Assembly: GCF_009914755.1 (NCBI RefSeq)
Contig: NC_060926.1
Reading direction: 5' to 3' (one strand)
Origin: the human T2T-CHM13v2.0 reference genome, Homo sapiens
DNA length: 64,000 nt
The position numbers and the translations under genes are program-made. Positions 29,881 through 45,642 of the stretch are shown here, piece after piece. Under the pieces are notes generated by a model, which was not told the origin of the DNA, searched no databases, and saw nothing but the letters and a program-made list of their open reading frames with translations. The stretch's first letter is position 1. Each line of letters starts with the position of its first letter.

Positions 29881-30560
29881 TGCTATGGTCTCAATGTTTG
29901 TGACCTCCCCAGTTTCTTTTTCTTTCTCTTTCTTTCTTTCTTTCTTTTTTTCTTTTTTTTTTTTTTTTTTGAGACGGAGACTTGCTCTGTCACCCAGGCT
30001 GGAGTGCAGTGGTGCGATCTTGGCTCACTGTAACCTCTGCCTCCCAGTTCAAACGATTCTCCTGCCTCAGCCTCCTGAGTAGCTGGGACTACAGGTGCGT
30101 GCCACCACACCTAGCTATTTTTTTGTATTTTTAGTAGAGATAGGGTTTCACCATGTTGGCCAGCCTGTACTTGAACTCCTGACGTCAGGTGATCCACCCA
30201 CCTTGGCCTCCCAAAGTGCTGGGATTACAGGCTTGAGCCTCGGTGCCCGGCTGACCTTCCCAATTTCATCTGTTGAAACCTAATCACCAGTGTGATTGTA
30301 CTAAGAAGTGGGGCCTCTGGGAGGTGATTAGGTCACAAGGACAGAACCCTCATAAATGGGATTAGTGCTTTTATAAAAGAGACCCCAGAGAGATCTCCTG
30401 CCCTTTCCACCATGTGATGAACCAGAAAGGGATCCTTCATAAGACGTCGAATCTGCCAGTGCCTTGATCTTGGACTTGCCAGTTTCAGGTCCCTGAGAAA
30501 TAAATTTCTGTTGTTCGTAAGGTTGGCATTTTGTTATAGCAGCCTGAGGGGACTAAGATA
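29881..30560 (+). mobile_element. MaLR LTR (MLT1A/MST-like) interrupted by an Alu
   Basis: TGCTATGGTCTCAATGTTTGTG start, AATAAATTTCTGTTGTT and TTTTGTTATAGCAGCC...GACTAAGA end. Confidence 0.8.
29913..30252 (-). mobile_element. Alu (AluS-like)
   Basis: Antisense dimer inside the LTR. Confidence 0.93.
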
Positions 30561-30564
30561 ACTT

Positions 30565-30640
30565 TTTGCATGTATTATCCCATTTAAGCGATTAGTCCCA
30601 CTTTACAGGTGAGGAAACTGAGGCTGAAAGAAGTTAAGAT
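30565..30640 (-). mobile_element. MIR fragment
   Basis: CCCACTTTACAGGTGAGGAAACTGAGGCT. Confidence 0.7.
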
Positions 30641-31729
30641 TCTAGGACTCTTGACAAAAGTTTTGTGTAAACAAGAGTCGCTACAAAATCACTTTTCTAA
30701 TAGCAGCAGCAGCAGCAGCAGCTTCCTATTTGCTCAAACTGGGAGGTAAAAGCAAAGGGAGAAGATGGTCTTTATATTTAGAGTTACCTAAGGGACTTCC
30801 TGAGCTGGGAGGGGGTGAGCGGGATTCCAGTGCTTCAGAGAGGAGCTGCTGGGCTGTGGGCAAGACCCTGGCTGGTGTGGAACTATGCAGCCCCCAGCCC
30901 TGGCTAAGCCCCGCCTCTCAGGCCCTGGAGGCAGAAAGCTCCTCAGCCTGGCCCCTCCGGGATTCTGGATCCAGCTGTCCTGGTTGCTGCCTAACTTTCA
31001 GCCGTGTGTCCAGCATATCTGTGAACTGATCTGGGGCCAGAGCTCAGGGAAAAACAGAGGTAAGTTGTGGTGGGGACCTCCCCAACCCCTACGCACACAC
31101 ACACGCACACACATGCGCAGCAAGACTCCTCCCTGGAGGTGGAAGTAGCGGTGATGTCAGGCTCCCGGACTTGTCTATTCAACCCGGTGAGTTAACAGGA
31201 GAAAGAGCAGAAGCCGGGGGCGGGAGGATGTTGAGGCTCCTCTCTGTTCCCGCCTCTCTACCCCTTCTCCAATCCCCTTCAGTAGTGGGTCAGGATCCTG
31301 GCCTAGACATGGAATTCCCTAATCAAGTAGGAAGAGGGGTCTAAATAAGCGGAATTGGGGTGGGAGGAGCCGGGCCAGTTCTGGTGGGGGAGAGGCCGCC
31401 TCCTGCTCCCTCGGCTGCCTCCTCAGCCTCCCTGCTTGTTGGCGGCTCACACACCCTTGGCCAGGTGAGGCGGGCGTGGGCCTGCAGCCTGGGCCTGCTC
31501 AGCTGTGGACCTTGATTGTTTCTTACTAGATGACCTGTTTCTCACCACTGGAGCTACAGAAGCTCACAACCAATTTGGGAGGGGACAGGCATAGTGACTG
31601 TTTGGCCCATGGTGGCTCGTGGTGCTGTGGTCATTAGCCGGGAGTAAACGGAGTCTGTCCCACCTGGCCCACGAGGGCACCATGTCAGGGTTGGGCACAT
31701 AGTGGTATGTGATAATGAGCTTTGTTACA

Positions 31730-31885
31730 CATTCCCTTGGTACTTCAGTTTTCCTATCTGTAAAATGAAGGCAACAATATCCACCTTATGGGTTTGTTAT
31801 GAAGATTAAACAACAAATCAAGACACGAAGCAACTGCCTGGCACTTAGTAAGTGCTCAGTCAATGCAGGTTACTATTGTAGTTAT
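31730..31885 (+). mobile_element. MIR
   Basis: CTTCAGTTTTCCTATCTGTAAAATG...CCTGGCACTTAGTAAGTGCTCA. Confidence 0.75.
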
Positions 31886-31951
31886 CATCATCATTATGAC
31901 AAAGATTATGGTTATTATTCTTGCTTGTCCTTTGGGCACATACTTCCCTCA

Positions 31952-32342
<391 letters not shown>

Positions 32343-33529
32343 CTAGCATGTCTACATTCACACTGACTATTTTTTTCCTCATCCTTTGTGGGAAACCTGC
32401 TTCTCCTCCTGAATGCCCCAGTTTGGTGAATGGCACACTATCCCTTAATGCATGGCGTCCCTTCCGTATCCTTCCCTTCCCTCAGCCCGCTGTGCTCAGC
32501 CAGTGTGCAAATCACATCTGGGCCCAGCTACCCCACTCCAGGAGGAGTTGGTCACTCACTCACCTGCACCTGGAGTGCTTTTCCATAAGGCCAGAGTAGT
32601 GCTTGTCACATATGCTGTCATTTTTGTTTTTAAGCCTATCTTCCCTGTACAGAATGCCTAAGGGTTACGTCTTCTGTTTCTTTTATGAGGCAGGTATCAA
32701 GGATGGCTGGATAGGAAAGAGGGTGCAGGGAAGCATTGTGAACCTTGGGTCTAGTGACATCGCTATCATTCTCTCTAAACTTTAATGACCCCTCTTTGCG
32801 GTGATTAAACTGAATCTGCTCTCGCTCCTTCTAGACACTCAGGAAAATGAAGCAACCATTTCCTCCCTCCACCAGGATATGTTGATCCTAAGCCCAGAAA
32901 GGTTAGGCGACTTGCCTAAGGACACAGAGCAAATAAAAGGATTAACACATCTGAATGCAAGACATTGAGGAGTTGACACTGCCAGTTCCTCCCACTTCTT
33001 AAACAAAGCATCAGTGTGCTTCCCTGGCACCATCCACAAAGGGTGGGTGGGTTGAGAAGCGGGAAGATGTAGAAGTATGGGGGTTGCACTCAAAGCCATA
33101 GGTTTGGGGGACTTGTCTCAACACACACAGGAGAGGGGAAGGACAAAGTCAAAACAAGTTCCAGACTTTTTCTGGCAAAGAAATATGCCAGAAAGATTTG
33201 AACTGTTCTAGGGAAGGCTTGCTGGAAGAAACCATCTCTCTTCTCTGACTAGGCACCCACTCCTCTGTTCAGGCAACAGCCAGTAGCAATCTTTAAGGAA
33301 GACATAATCAGGCCCTCTTTTGCATAGCTGGAGATACTGAGTGAGCTATTTTCAGCTGCCCAGTTCTGGGAGAGTTAGGAGATTTAGGTGTAAGCAAGAT
33401 TGGGGTGAGTTGGAAAAGGAGGGAGGAGAAGTGTGGCCAGGCCAAAATGACAGAGATTGACAGGGAAGTAGAGAGACAGTGCTGGTATGGGGCCACTGGA
33501 GCAGAGGAAGGTGTAAGAGTGATGGCCAC

Positions 33530-33705
33530 TGGCATTTACTAAGCATCCACTGGGCACCACAGCCACGCCAGGGGGATGGTAAACTCATTTTACGGAGGTA
33601 GAGACTAAGGTTAGGGGAGGTTGAGTAAATCACCTGGAATTACAATGGCAGAATCAGCATTGGAACTCAAATCTCTGACTCCAGATCCCAGGCTCTTTCC
33701 TTTGT
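33530..33705 (-). mobile_element. MIR
   Basis: CATTTTACGGAGGTAGAGACTAAGG...GAACTCAAATCTCTGACTCCAGA. Confidence 0.65.
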
Positions 33706-33822
33706 TCATATAAAGGAGAACTTTGGGGTTGGGTCTAGGGACCACAGGGCCAGGGTTTGTTTGCCTGAAGGGGTAGAGAAGGATTTCATGACAGGGGCCA
33801 TCTCTCCCAACTCTGTCCTCCA

Positions 33823-33823
<1 letters not shown>

Positions 33824-33860
<37 letters not shown>

Positions 33861-33867
33861 ACACACA
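33824..33867 (+). repeat. (CA)n microsatellite
   Basis: Direct inspection. Confidence 0.9.
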
Positions 33868-33988
33868 TGCCCATTCCTTCAACTGGCTGGAAAGTGCAGG
33901 ATTTGGAGTTAGAGATCAGGTTCATCTCTGAATTATTGAGTGGATAGCCTTTCTATCTCTGCACTTCATAAAATCATGACCACTGTCA

Positions 33989-34303
33989 GGCCAGGCGCAG
34001 TGGCTCATGCCTGTAATCTCAGCACCGTGGGAGGCTGAGGCAAGTGGATCACTTCAGCCCAGGAGTTTGGTACCAGCATGGGCAACATAGCGAAACCCTA
34101 ACTTTACAAAAAATACAGAAATTGGCCTGGTATGGTGGCATGCGCCTGTAGTCCTAGCTACTCTGGGGGCTGCGGTGGGAGGATCGCTTGAGCACAGGAG
34201 GTCAAGGCTGCAGTGAGATGTGACAGCACCACTTCACTCTAGTCCGGGTGACAGAGTGATGCCTTGTTTCACAAAACAAACAAACAAACAAACAAAAAAA
34301 AAA
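33989..34303 (+). mobile_element. Alu (AluJ-like)
   Basis: Diverged dimer with a (CAAA)n tail. Confidence 0.9.
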
Positions 34304-34437
34304 TCGGATCTCCCAGAGAATATATGATACACCTAAGTCCTTAATAACCATATGGTTCCTGATAGAAGTTCATAATATTTAAAATATTAATGCTATATAG
34401 TTGCTATTGCCACTGCTCACGCCACGTTGAGAATTGA

Positions 34438-35079
<642 letters not shown>

Positions 35080-35296
35080 TAACCTCTTGTGAAGAGCACA
35101 GGGAAGACCAAGTGGACTTTTCTTGGTCTCCATTCATCACTGAGGTAAAACAACCTGGCCATCTCATCCATCCCCCTGCCTCTCAGCTACCTCCCTGTCC
35201 CTCCTCTCCTCATTTATCCAAGCATTATCACTTCTTTTAAACTTTTCCTTGAAGGAAGTTCTGAGTTATTCTTGAGGATTAATTTCATACCTTTAG

Positions 35297-35870
35297 AGCA
35301 AGATTCTTACACTTTTTTGTGTGCCATAGCCCCTCCTCCCTTCCCCCCTCCTCCCTTCCCCCCTCCTCCCTTCCCCCCTCCTCCCTTCCCCCCTCCTCCC
35401 TTCCCCCCTCCTCCCCGGGCAGTCTGAATAACACTTTCAAACGCACAAAAGATAATACATAGGACATCAAAGGAAACCAATCATTTTGAAATACAGTTAT
35501 CACAATATTTTTAAAGCAGTGATATAGTAATATGTGCTTCTCCATTAATGGATTAAAGAATAAAATCTACTGGCAGGACTAGTAACCACTGGAGTTTTAA
35601 AACATGGATAAGCATAGATGATATTTGCAGAAACCTGCCACTACTGTAATGGGATTGGAAAATATCTGTTATCACTGCTGTTATCACTACTGTGGTCTGT
35701 TACCTACATTCATCATTTTTTAAAAAGCTAAATTTCAGTTGGAAGTTAGTGAAGATAAAGACGTAAGCCTTTTCCCAACCAAAGTCATGGACCCCTTTGA
35801 ATTCTACCTATTAATCTCTTGGTGAAGGGAAGGGGGTGTCTGTGGACTCCAAGTTAAAAGGATTTGTTTT
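35297..35870 (+). mobile_element. MER119-like hAT-Charlie DNA transposon
   Basis: Matches the remembered consensus motifs AAAGGAAACCAAT...GAAATACAGTTATCA, GTGATATAGTAATATGTGCTTC and GCTAAATTTCAGTT...GTTAGTGAA. Confidence 0.65.
35330..35415 (+). repeat. 15-bp minisatellite (CCCCTCCTCCCTTCC) x ~5.7
   Basis: Perfect tandem units; the same repeat produces the EEGGR run in ORF 35285-35545. Confidence 0.92.
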
Positions 35871-36051
35871 AGAACAGTGTTTCTCGCAGTGTGGTTCCAG
35901 CACCAGCAATATTAGCATTATCTGGGAAACTATCAGAAATGTAAATTCTTGTCCCCACCCCAGCAGATTTACTGAATCAGAAACTCTGGGATGGGGCCCA
36001 GCAATCTGTGCTTGAATAAGCCTCCAGGTGAGTCTGCTATGAGCTCAAGTT
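35807..36051 (+). repeat. Left arm of a ~245-bp inverted duplication
   Basis: Reverse complement of 37435-37680, with 9 differences in 246 columns by manual alignment. Confidence 0.95.
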
Positions 36052-36063
36052 TGAGAACCACTG
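35875..36063 (+). mobile_element. MER5A hAT DNA transposon, complete
   Basis: TIR-like ends CAGTGTTTCTC...GAGAACCACTG; internal ACTGAATCAGAAACTCTGGG...GGGCCCAGCAATCTGTG. Confidence 0.85.
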
Positions 36064-36229
36064 CCTTAGAGTTGGGTAGGATACAATCTCCGAAGCAGAA
36101 TGCATGGCCAAGATGACTCCTTCCCCTCAAAGTCTTAGAGAATGATCTATTGCCTATTTTCCTGCTCCACTTCCTTCAGACTAACTCTGAATCTGGGGTA
36201 GACTGTGGTTTGGAGTTTAAAAACCCGAG

Positions 36230-36500
36230 ATCCTTGTTAATGCGTAATGAAGTGCTACAAAGCAGCTTCTGTCACAAGGGTGGTATAAAATACAGCTGCA
36301 GGGACAGCGGTTAAAGTTTCACTCTTTTATGGACATAAAAAATAATTGGCCTTCTAATTATCTCCATAAAAGTGAGAAAACTTGCCTGGCTTATTGGCAT
36401 CTTTATTAGCACTAGGAAATAATTAGACATCCTTAATAGCTTTCTAATGATCCCTAGAGGAGGGAGCCATTTTTAGGGCATCTGCTGCCATGATTGGGTC
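36230..36500. promoter_or_regulatory. Putative developmental enhancer core with clustered HOX/homeodomain motifs
   Basis: TTTTATGG, CATAAAA, CCATAAAA, TAATTG and two TAATTA motifs in repeat-free sequence. Confidence 0.5.
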
Positions 36501-37001
36501 ATTATGGAGCCCTTCAGACCTGGTCTACACAGAGTGGAGTGCTTGCACATTCATCAGTGCCCGGTACTGGCTTTGGATCTCTGATGGCTCACGTGCCAGG
36601 AAAGGCGTATCTCTCATGGGCCCATGACTCTTTCCGGAGCCTTGGCAGCATCTGTCCCTGGTCTGGGAAGAGGACCCTCACTATGGTGGACTGACAAGGG
36701 GGGCTGATTTTTTATGGATAGGTGAACCTCCTCTGGTCCTATCTTTTTAAGGAACTTGGAGCATGTTTATTCTATCCCAGTCTCCTTTGGGAAAGATTGC
36801 TAGGCTTGTAACATTGCAATTCTCAGACCCCAAAGCACAAGCTTTGAAAAACTGAAGTCGTATTGGTAAGCAGGACAGTGGTTTTCCACCTGGTTGGTAC
36901 ATGGCACCCTTGCAGGTTTGGGGTCTCTGGAGGATTGAGCTTTAGGGCTGAGTGTTAGGGAGGAACGGAATCTCCAAGTGGAGGGAATCCGAGCCTACGT
37001 T

Positions 37002-37020
37002 TCTCCAGCAGGTGGCGCCA
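37002..37020 (+). promoter_or_regulatory. CTCF motif (forward orientation)
   Basis: TCTCCAGCAGGTGGCGCCA matches the core CCASYAGRKGGCRS at every position. Confidence 0.7.
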
Positions 37021-37434
37021 TAACTTTACCTTCCGCGTCTCCGTCGCCTGCGATGGAAGCCGAATTTGCAGGCAGTGATGTGAGGCAGCTGTCTGGGAAT
37101 CCTCTCCTCTGTATTTAGGGCTTTAATATCTCATAGAAACCCACATCATCTTCTCTCCAACTGACCTTCTCCAAGCCACTCTCATCCCCAAACCCTCGAT
37201 ATTTCTGATTCTTTATCTGAGCATCGTGAACAACCCTTCATAAACATGTCAGAAATACTGACGGTCCTTCCAGACCTGGAACACTGTGGAAGAGTTTGGG
37301 CAAGTCATAAATGATGCTCTCGATCACTCCCACATTCTGCGACTGTCCCCAGACCCTCCGCCTCTTCTCAGAGGTCTGCCATCAGGATCTTCAGCGTGTA
37401 TGATTTGCTTACTTTGTCAGCCTAATCATAAGGT

Positions 37435-37680
37435 AACTTGAGCTCATAGCAGACTCACCTGGAGGCTTATTCAAGCACAGATTGCTGGGCCCCACCCCAG
37501 AATTTCTGATTCAGTAAATCTGCTGGGATGGGGGGCAAGAATTTACATTTCTGATAGTTTCTCAGATAATGCTAATATTTCTGGTGCTGGAACCACACTG
37601 TGAGAAATACTGTTCTAAAACAAATCCTTTTAACTTGGAGTCCACAGACACCCCCTTCCCTTCACCAAGAGATTAATAGG
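37435..37680 (-). repeat. Right arm of the inverted duplication (derived copy)
   Basis: Reverse complement of 35807-36051; it lacks the last 12 bp of MER5A. Confidence 0.95.
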
Positions 37681-37798
37681 GTTTTTAAACATCTCTCAGG
37701 GGTTAGGTAAAGCCACAAGGCAGATGATCATCTGGATTTCACTCTGAACAGTGTTTGGAAAGATGGACTCTGGACCGATAAGGTTGGAGCATACATAC

Positions 37799-37802
<4 letters not shown>

Positions 37803-37855
<53 letters not shown>
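37803..37855 (+). repeat. (TG)n(TA)n compound microsatellite
   Basis: Direct inspection; adjoins an Alu tail. Confidence 0.92.
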
Positions 37856-38150
<295 letters not shown>

Positions 38151-38430
38151 AAGAGCATATATTTTTACACATGTTTACACCTTACTACATGAGTTAGGAC
38201 TGATCCTGGTTTTACAGAATCTCAGAGTTCACTTACCTAATTCAATTGCTCACCCAATGCAGGCATCCTTCCTGCAATTTGACAACTTGATAGCAGCAGG
38301 GTCCCTTCCAGTTTGCAGATGATGTTCATAGCTCTTTAATGCTCACTGCAACCCTGTGAGGAACACTGGTGAAGTGACTCACCCAAGGACTCCTAGCTAC
38401 TAAGTGGCAGGATTTATTAGTGTCATCTGA

Positions 38431-38807
<377 letters not shown>

Positions 38808-38820
38808 CATCCAATTCTTA

Positions 38821-39750
<930 letters not shown>

Positions 39751-40433
39751 CACGTTATTTAATTGAAGTTAGCTTTTCTGTATCTGCCTCTAGCTGTACA
39801 CTTTCTAAATCTAGTCTTTATTCTCTATTTAAAACCTTTTTGTCAAGGTTCAAGGCAGCCTCTCTAGATACCTAAGGTCGATGACTCAGTCCACAAAATG
39901 ATGCCTTGGGGTGAGACACCAAAATAACAGAACTCTCATTCGTATTTTAATTTTACCTAAAGAATGTAAAGTGAGCCTTTACTAATGTTTTATATAAGAT
40001 TTGACACTGACACCCACCTTCAGGCTGTGTTTCAGGTGGGTATTTGTTACCTGCTATACACAAGCTATGCCAAGGGAAGAGGGGGTGTTCCCCAACAGGA
40101 TTGCAAGTGGGGACTTGAGCCATTTGTGTGCCTTGTGTTACAGAAATGCTTGAGTTTATGGGTGCCAAGACAATGGGATCTAGCTTCAGTAAAATTACCC
40201 ATCCCCAAATGGTTAAGAAACTTACAAAGATTTTTGTAAACAATCTTTAGATTGAAAAACTAGACAATTAATACAATCAAACAATGGGAAAAAAAATGAC
40301 AGAGTAGGCATTTCAGCTCCCGGCTTGGACACTTCATCTGTCATGTTATGAGGTGAAAACAATAATACCCTGGTCAGATCAGACAAGGCCAGACCAAAAA
40401 AAAATAAAAATTATGGAGGTTATTTGAAATATG

Positions 40434-40493
40434 AATTTGCATCTACTCTTGGTATTGCTGTTAAATTTGCATCTACTATTGGTATTGCTGTTA
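40434..40493 (+). repeat. 30-bp tandem duplication
   Basis: AATTTGCATCTACT(C/A)TTGGTATTGCTGTTA x2. Confidence 0.9.
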
Positions 40494-40818
40494 AAAATAA
40501 GATATTAAAATGTTAGAGCTAATTTTATACCTTATTCAATTTTAATAATTTTTATGTGGTTTATAATGTACATAATATCGTATACTATATATTTAAAATA
40601 CATATATGGGTCATGCTCAAATATTTTTTTCTGATTCAGCATATGAACAAAAACTTTGGAGACCAATGGAATCTATTTCCATCTTTCCATTAATTTAGCA
40701 GATATTTATTAAGCATGTACTATACAAATGTACATAATATACTAAATATTAAATATACAAAAATAAGTAAGGTCTTTGCCTTCAGGTATTTTGGAAGATA
40801 TGTTTTTTTCAAAATTAC

Positions 40819-41199
<381 letters not shown>

Positions 41200-41202
41200 T
41201 CA

Positions 41203-41539
<337 letters not shown>

Positions 41540-42749
41540 TCACAGAGGAGGTGACATATGTAAAAAGTGCATGGTGGCAGACACTTGCCTTCTTGTTCTT
41601 TCTCTTCTTTGGACCTTCTCCAGCTCTGTTATGGCTTCCTTTGAGCATAGTGATCCATTTTGCACACAGTATTCCAAAGAACAGGGAAGAAGAGTATTTC
41701 CAAACCTCTTCCGGTTGACATTTGGAAATAGGCTATGTACTCCATGATGTCAGGGTCCACGTTATGCACATATTTGCAAACTGGCACTGGGTATGATGCC
41801 TGGCACATCATAGACTCTTGATTAATATTGTGCAATTGAATTGCATTGGACTTCTTGACTACACCAGTTCATTAGTTAATGTCTTTGGAGAGTAGCTAAG
41901 AATAATCTGTGTGCCTTCACCTTCAGCTCCCAACTCACACATTTAGGTGGGTTATTATCCATCTCCAGTCTGGCCATCACTTACCTCAGTTTACTGGTCT
42001 TTTTCTCAGGAGCCTTCATGAGATCTTCCTGAATTTGTTCACATCCTCTTGGTCCTTCACTCCCTCAAAAGCATAGTGTCTTCTGAAAATCTGGAGATTT
42101 TATCATATTCTTCCAGATTATTCATAAAAATTAGGTAAAAATATTTCTGGTACTGATTCAATAGGCTGGAAAGTGGAAAAATTAAACTCTCTCTGTTTTT
42201 CAATAGCTTATCTCCTCCTTAGCTATGAAAAAAAAAAACAGCTGTGGGTTTTAAACAGACCTCTTCTACTTCTGGGCTTTTCCTGAGAGAGGCAGCCTGA
42301 TAAAAATCTGAACTAAAAGTGAGAACATCTCTGGAAGTCGCCTGAGTCCACACAAATTCATCTAGGGATCTATGTGGCTGAACACTTCCTGCATCCAGTG
42401 CCTAGCTGTATTGCAACTTACCTGTCCATAATACCCTCTGGTGGGAACAGCATGCAATGGGAAATGAGGCGCTGCACCTTCTTGGCTAAGCCCATTCATT
42501 GCCTTAGGCTGTACTTTCAACTGAGTCATATAATTTTTCTGTCCGTTTTTGAAGTAAGAATGGTCAGACTTAATACTATACCCCAAGGAAATATTAAGAG
42601 AATGAATGCAAATTACAGAAATAAAAGGACTGTAGGGTTCCAGGAGAAAGATTATGCTTTTTGAATATGGAAAGGTAGTTTTGAAGTTAGAATTAGATGC
42701 AAGCACATGTGCCAGAAAACCCAAGAAATTGATAACTAAAATAAGATCA

Positions 42750-43150
42750 GAGTTTATCTCTCTTTTACTTAAATGAAGTCTGGAGTCAGAAGTCTAGGGC
42801 TAGATAGCTACTCAAAATCATGTAAGTTTCAGGCTCCTGTCTGGCTGCTCCACCAACTTTAGCATACTGCCTCTTGGTCCAAGGTGGCTGTGCAAGCTCC
42901 AGTCATCATATCCGTATTCCTGTCATCAGGAAGGAGGAATGGAGAAGAAAGGAATCTTCTTCCTTGAAGAACACTTCTAGAAATTTGCATACAACACTTC
43001 CAATTATATTTATTAGCTGAAACTTAGTTACATAGTACATCTAGCTGCAAGGGAGGCTGGACAATGTAGTTTTATTTTGAGCACCATGTACCCAGCTACA
43101 AATTGCAAGTTTTATTATCAGGAAAGAAGTGGAGACTAAATAAAGGAGAC
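42750..43150 (-). mobile_element. MLT1-type LTR fragment
   Basis: CTAGCTGCAAGGGAGGCTGG...AATGTAGT and CCAAGGTGGCTG motifs. Confidence 0.55.
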
Positions 43151-43295
43151 TAATAGCAGTGCATGAAGTAGGAAGGTGCAGATCATTGCCAGAAAGAAAA
43201 TTATACTAATAGCCTATCAAGCACATACACAAAGTACTAAGAAATATGAAAATTATTGCTTATTTTATTTTAATACACAAGGGGGGACCTCCTTG

Positions 43296-43711
43296 TGTAT
43301 TAATCCATTTTTGCAGTGCTATAAGGAAATACCTGAGACTGGGTAATGTATAGAGACAAGAGGTTTCATTGGCTCACGGTTCTGCAGGCTGCACAGGAAG
43401 TATAGTGGCTTCCACTTCTGAAGAGGCCCCAGGAAGCTTCTAATCATGGCAGAAGGCAAAGTGGGAGTAAGGTGTCTCACATGGCAGGATCAGGAGTGAG
43501 GGGTGGGGGTTCTACACACTTTTAAACAACAAGATTTCATAAGAACTCATTCATTCAGTATCATGAGAACACCACCAAGGAGATGGTGCTAAAGCATTCA
43601 TGAGAAATCCACCCCCATGATCCAGTCACCTCCCACCAGACCCCACCTCCAACACTGGGGATTACAATTCAACATGAGATTTGGGCAGAGCCACAGATCC
43701 AAACCCTATCA
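43296..43711 (-). mobile_element. MSTA/MSTB-type MaLR solo LTR
   Basis: TGTATTAATCCATTTT...AAATACCTGAGACTGGGTAAT start and CAGATCCAAACCCTATCA end. Confidence 0.88.
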
Positions 43712-44017
43712 CCTTTGGTCACCTAATGGGTCTATACTGGATTCACCTTAGAGGAGCATCAGGAAGTTTCTTCTCTCTGATCTTTTATTTTCTTCCCTCC
43801 TCATTGCCACTCACCCCCATCTTTTCACACTCTGATTTTCCCTCAAAGTCTTAATTCTTCCTCCTCTTAGCCTCTAGCTCCAGCTGTCAGTCATCACTCT
43901 GGCATAGAAAATGCAGGAAGATAGCCCTTCCCAGGCCAGCTTCACAGAATAGAGCAGCAAAGCAGACCCCTATGTTGCTAATACTGATTGCTTCTTAGAG
44001 CACACTATGATAACTGA

Positions 44018-44342
<325 letters not shown>

Positions 44343-45642
44343 TTCTGTCACTTTTTTTCTGTCTCATCAAAGATCTCCTGTTTTCCTGATTTGGAGATAA
44401 AGTAATTCTCCCTGCTCAATTATTGAGAAACTAAATATCCCACATGTGGATTTTCCAAGTTCTCATTGGTAAGCAATGCCCTCATTACACATCATATGTT
44501 ATCTGACTATAGCACATTCCAGAAGTGGGTAGGATATTTATAAATAATGGGTATGGGGGCAGAAGCATTGCCTAGGAGGATTCCAGTCTTAGGAAACTGG
44601 CTGGGAGGCATCAGAGCTAAGAATTCAAGAGATCTTGTTCTAGGATAAAATTCCCTGTTTGCCGTTAGTATTTGTTTGAAGCGTCACCCCTAGCACTCTG
44701 CAGAAGGTCAGCCTGGGTTTCCTTGATGAAAGGAAATATGGGATAAGGGCCTGTGATTTCTGACAGGATTGAAGCCAGTGGAATGTGGTGTCAGTAAGAT
44801 GCTTTTGGTCCCAAGAAACAGAATATCCAATGATGGGAAAATGTTTTTGGTTCACATAAATGAAATATCTAGAGGTAGGGCAACCTTCAAGTATAATTGG
44901 ATCAAGGCTCTGGCTTACTTTCTCCAGAATTCTCAAAAGTCAGCCGTCCTCAGTGTGGGTGGCCTTGCCCTCAGGCTATCTTCCCTCTTGGTAGCAAAAT
45001 GACTGCAGCAGTTCCAGATCACAAACCTCATATCACTCAGTCAAAACAGAGAGAGAAAGCAATCTTCTCTTCCTTTAATGGACTTAGGTCCTTAAGTTCT
45101 GCACTTCTCTGTGATTTAACAAATCTAAACCAATCATGACTGCATGCAGACTGCCATGTTGATCTAGGCCTGGGTTACATGACCATTCTTTTAAGCAATT
45201 ACTGTGGCAAGAGGGGTGGAGTTATATTGTTGGTATTAAGACAATCAGGATCCTCCCCTGAAGCTGGGGCTGGGGTCAGTATGAGCCAAACCTACATGGC
45301 TGCTATGCAAGGGGGAGAGATGAGTAGCCAAAGGAAAATCTATGGGCTGTTAGGAAGAGATAGGAGTCAAGGAATGGTATCTGGTATAAGTGACCCTACC
45401 AGGGTATCTTTTTTCTGGGTTCTACCGAAATCAAAGGACTGTCAAGAGGGAAGGGAAAAAGTCCAGATGAGCAACTAAACCAGGTTAGTGGCCTGAGGCA
45501 GCTGTAGGGCTCTAAATTGGAGGATGAAGCCAGGTGGGCACAGAACCAAGAAGGTAGCAGGAAATATTGGAAGTAACCATTTTTAGTAAAATCCTTTTTG
45601 AAGTTCTGGCAAAATTTTAGCTGTGTTATAAGAACAAGGGTA

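Noticed and set aside
30701-30723. (AGC)7 triplet repeat
   Set aside because: It is short and intergenic, with no evidence of coding context or instability.
35285-35545. EEGGR-repeat peptide or CRISPR-like array
   Set aside because: It is a simple minisatellite without spacers in mammalian DNA.
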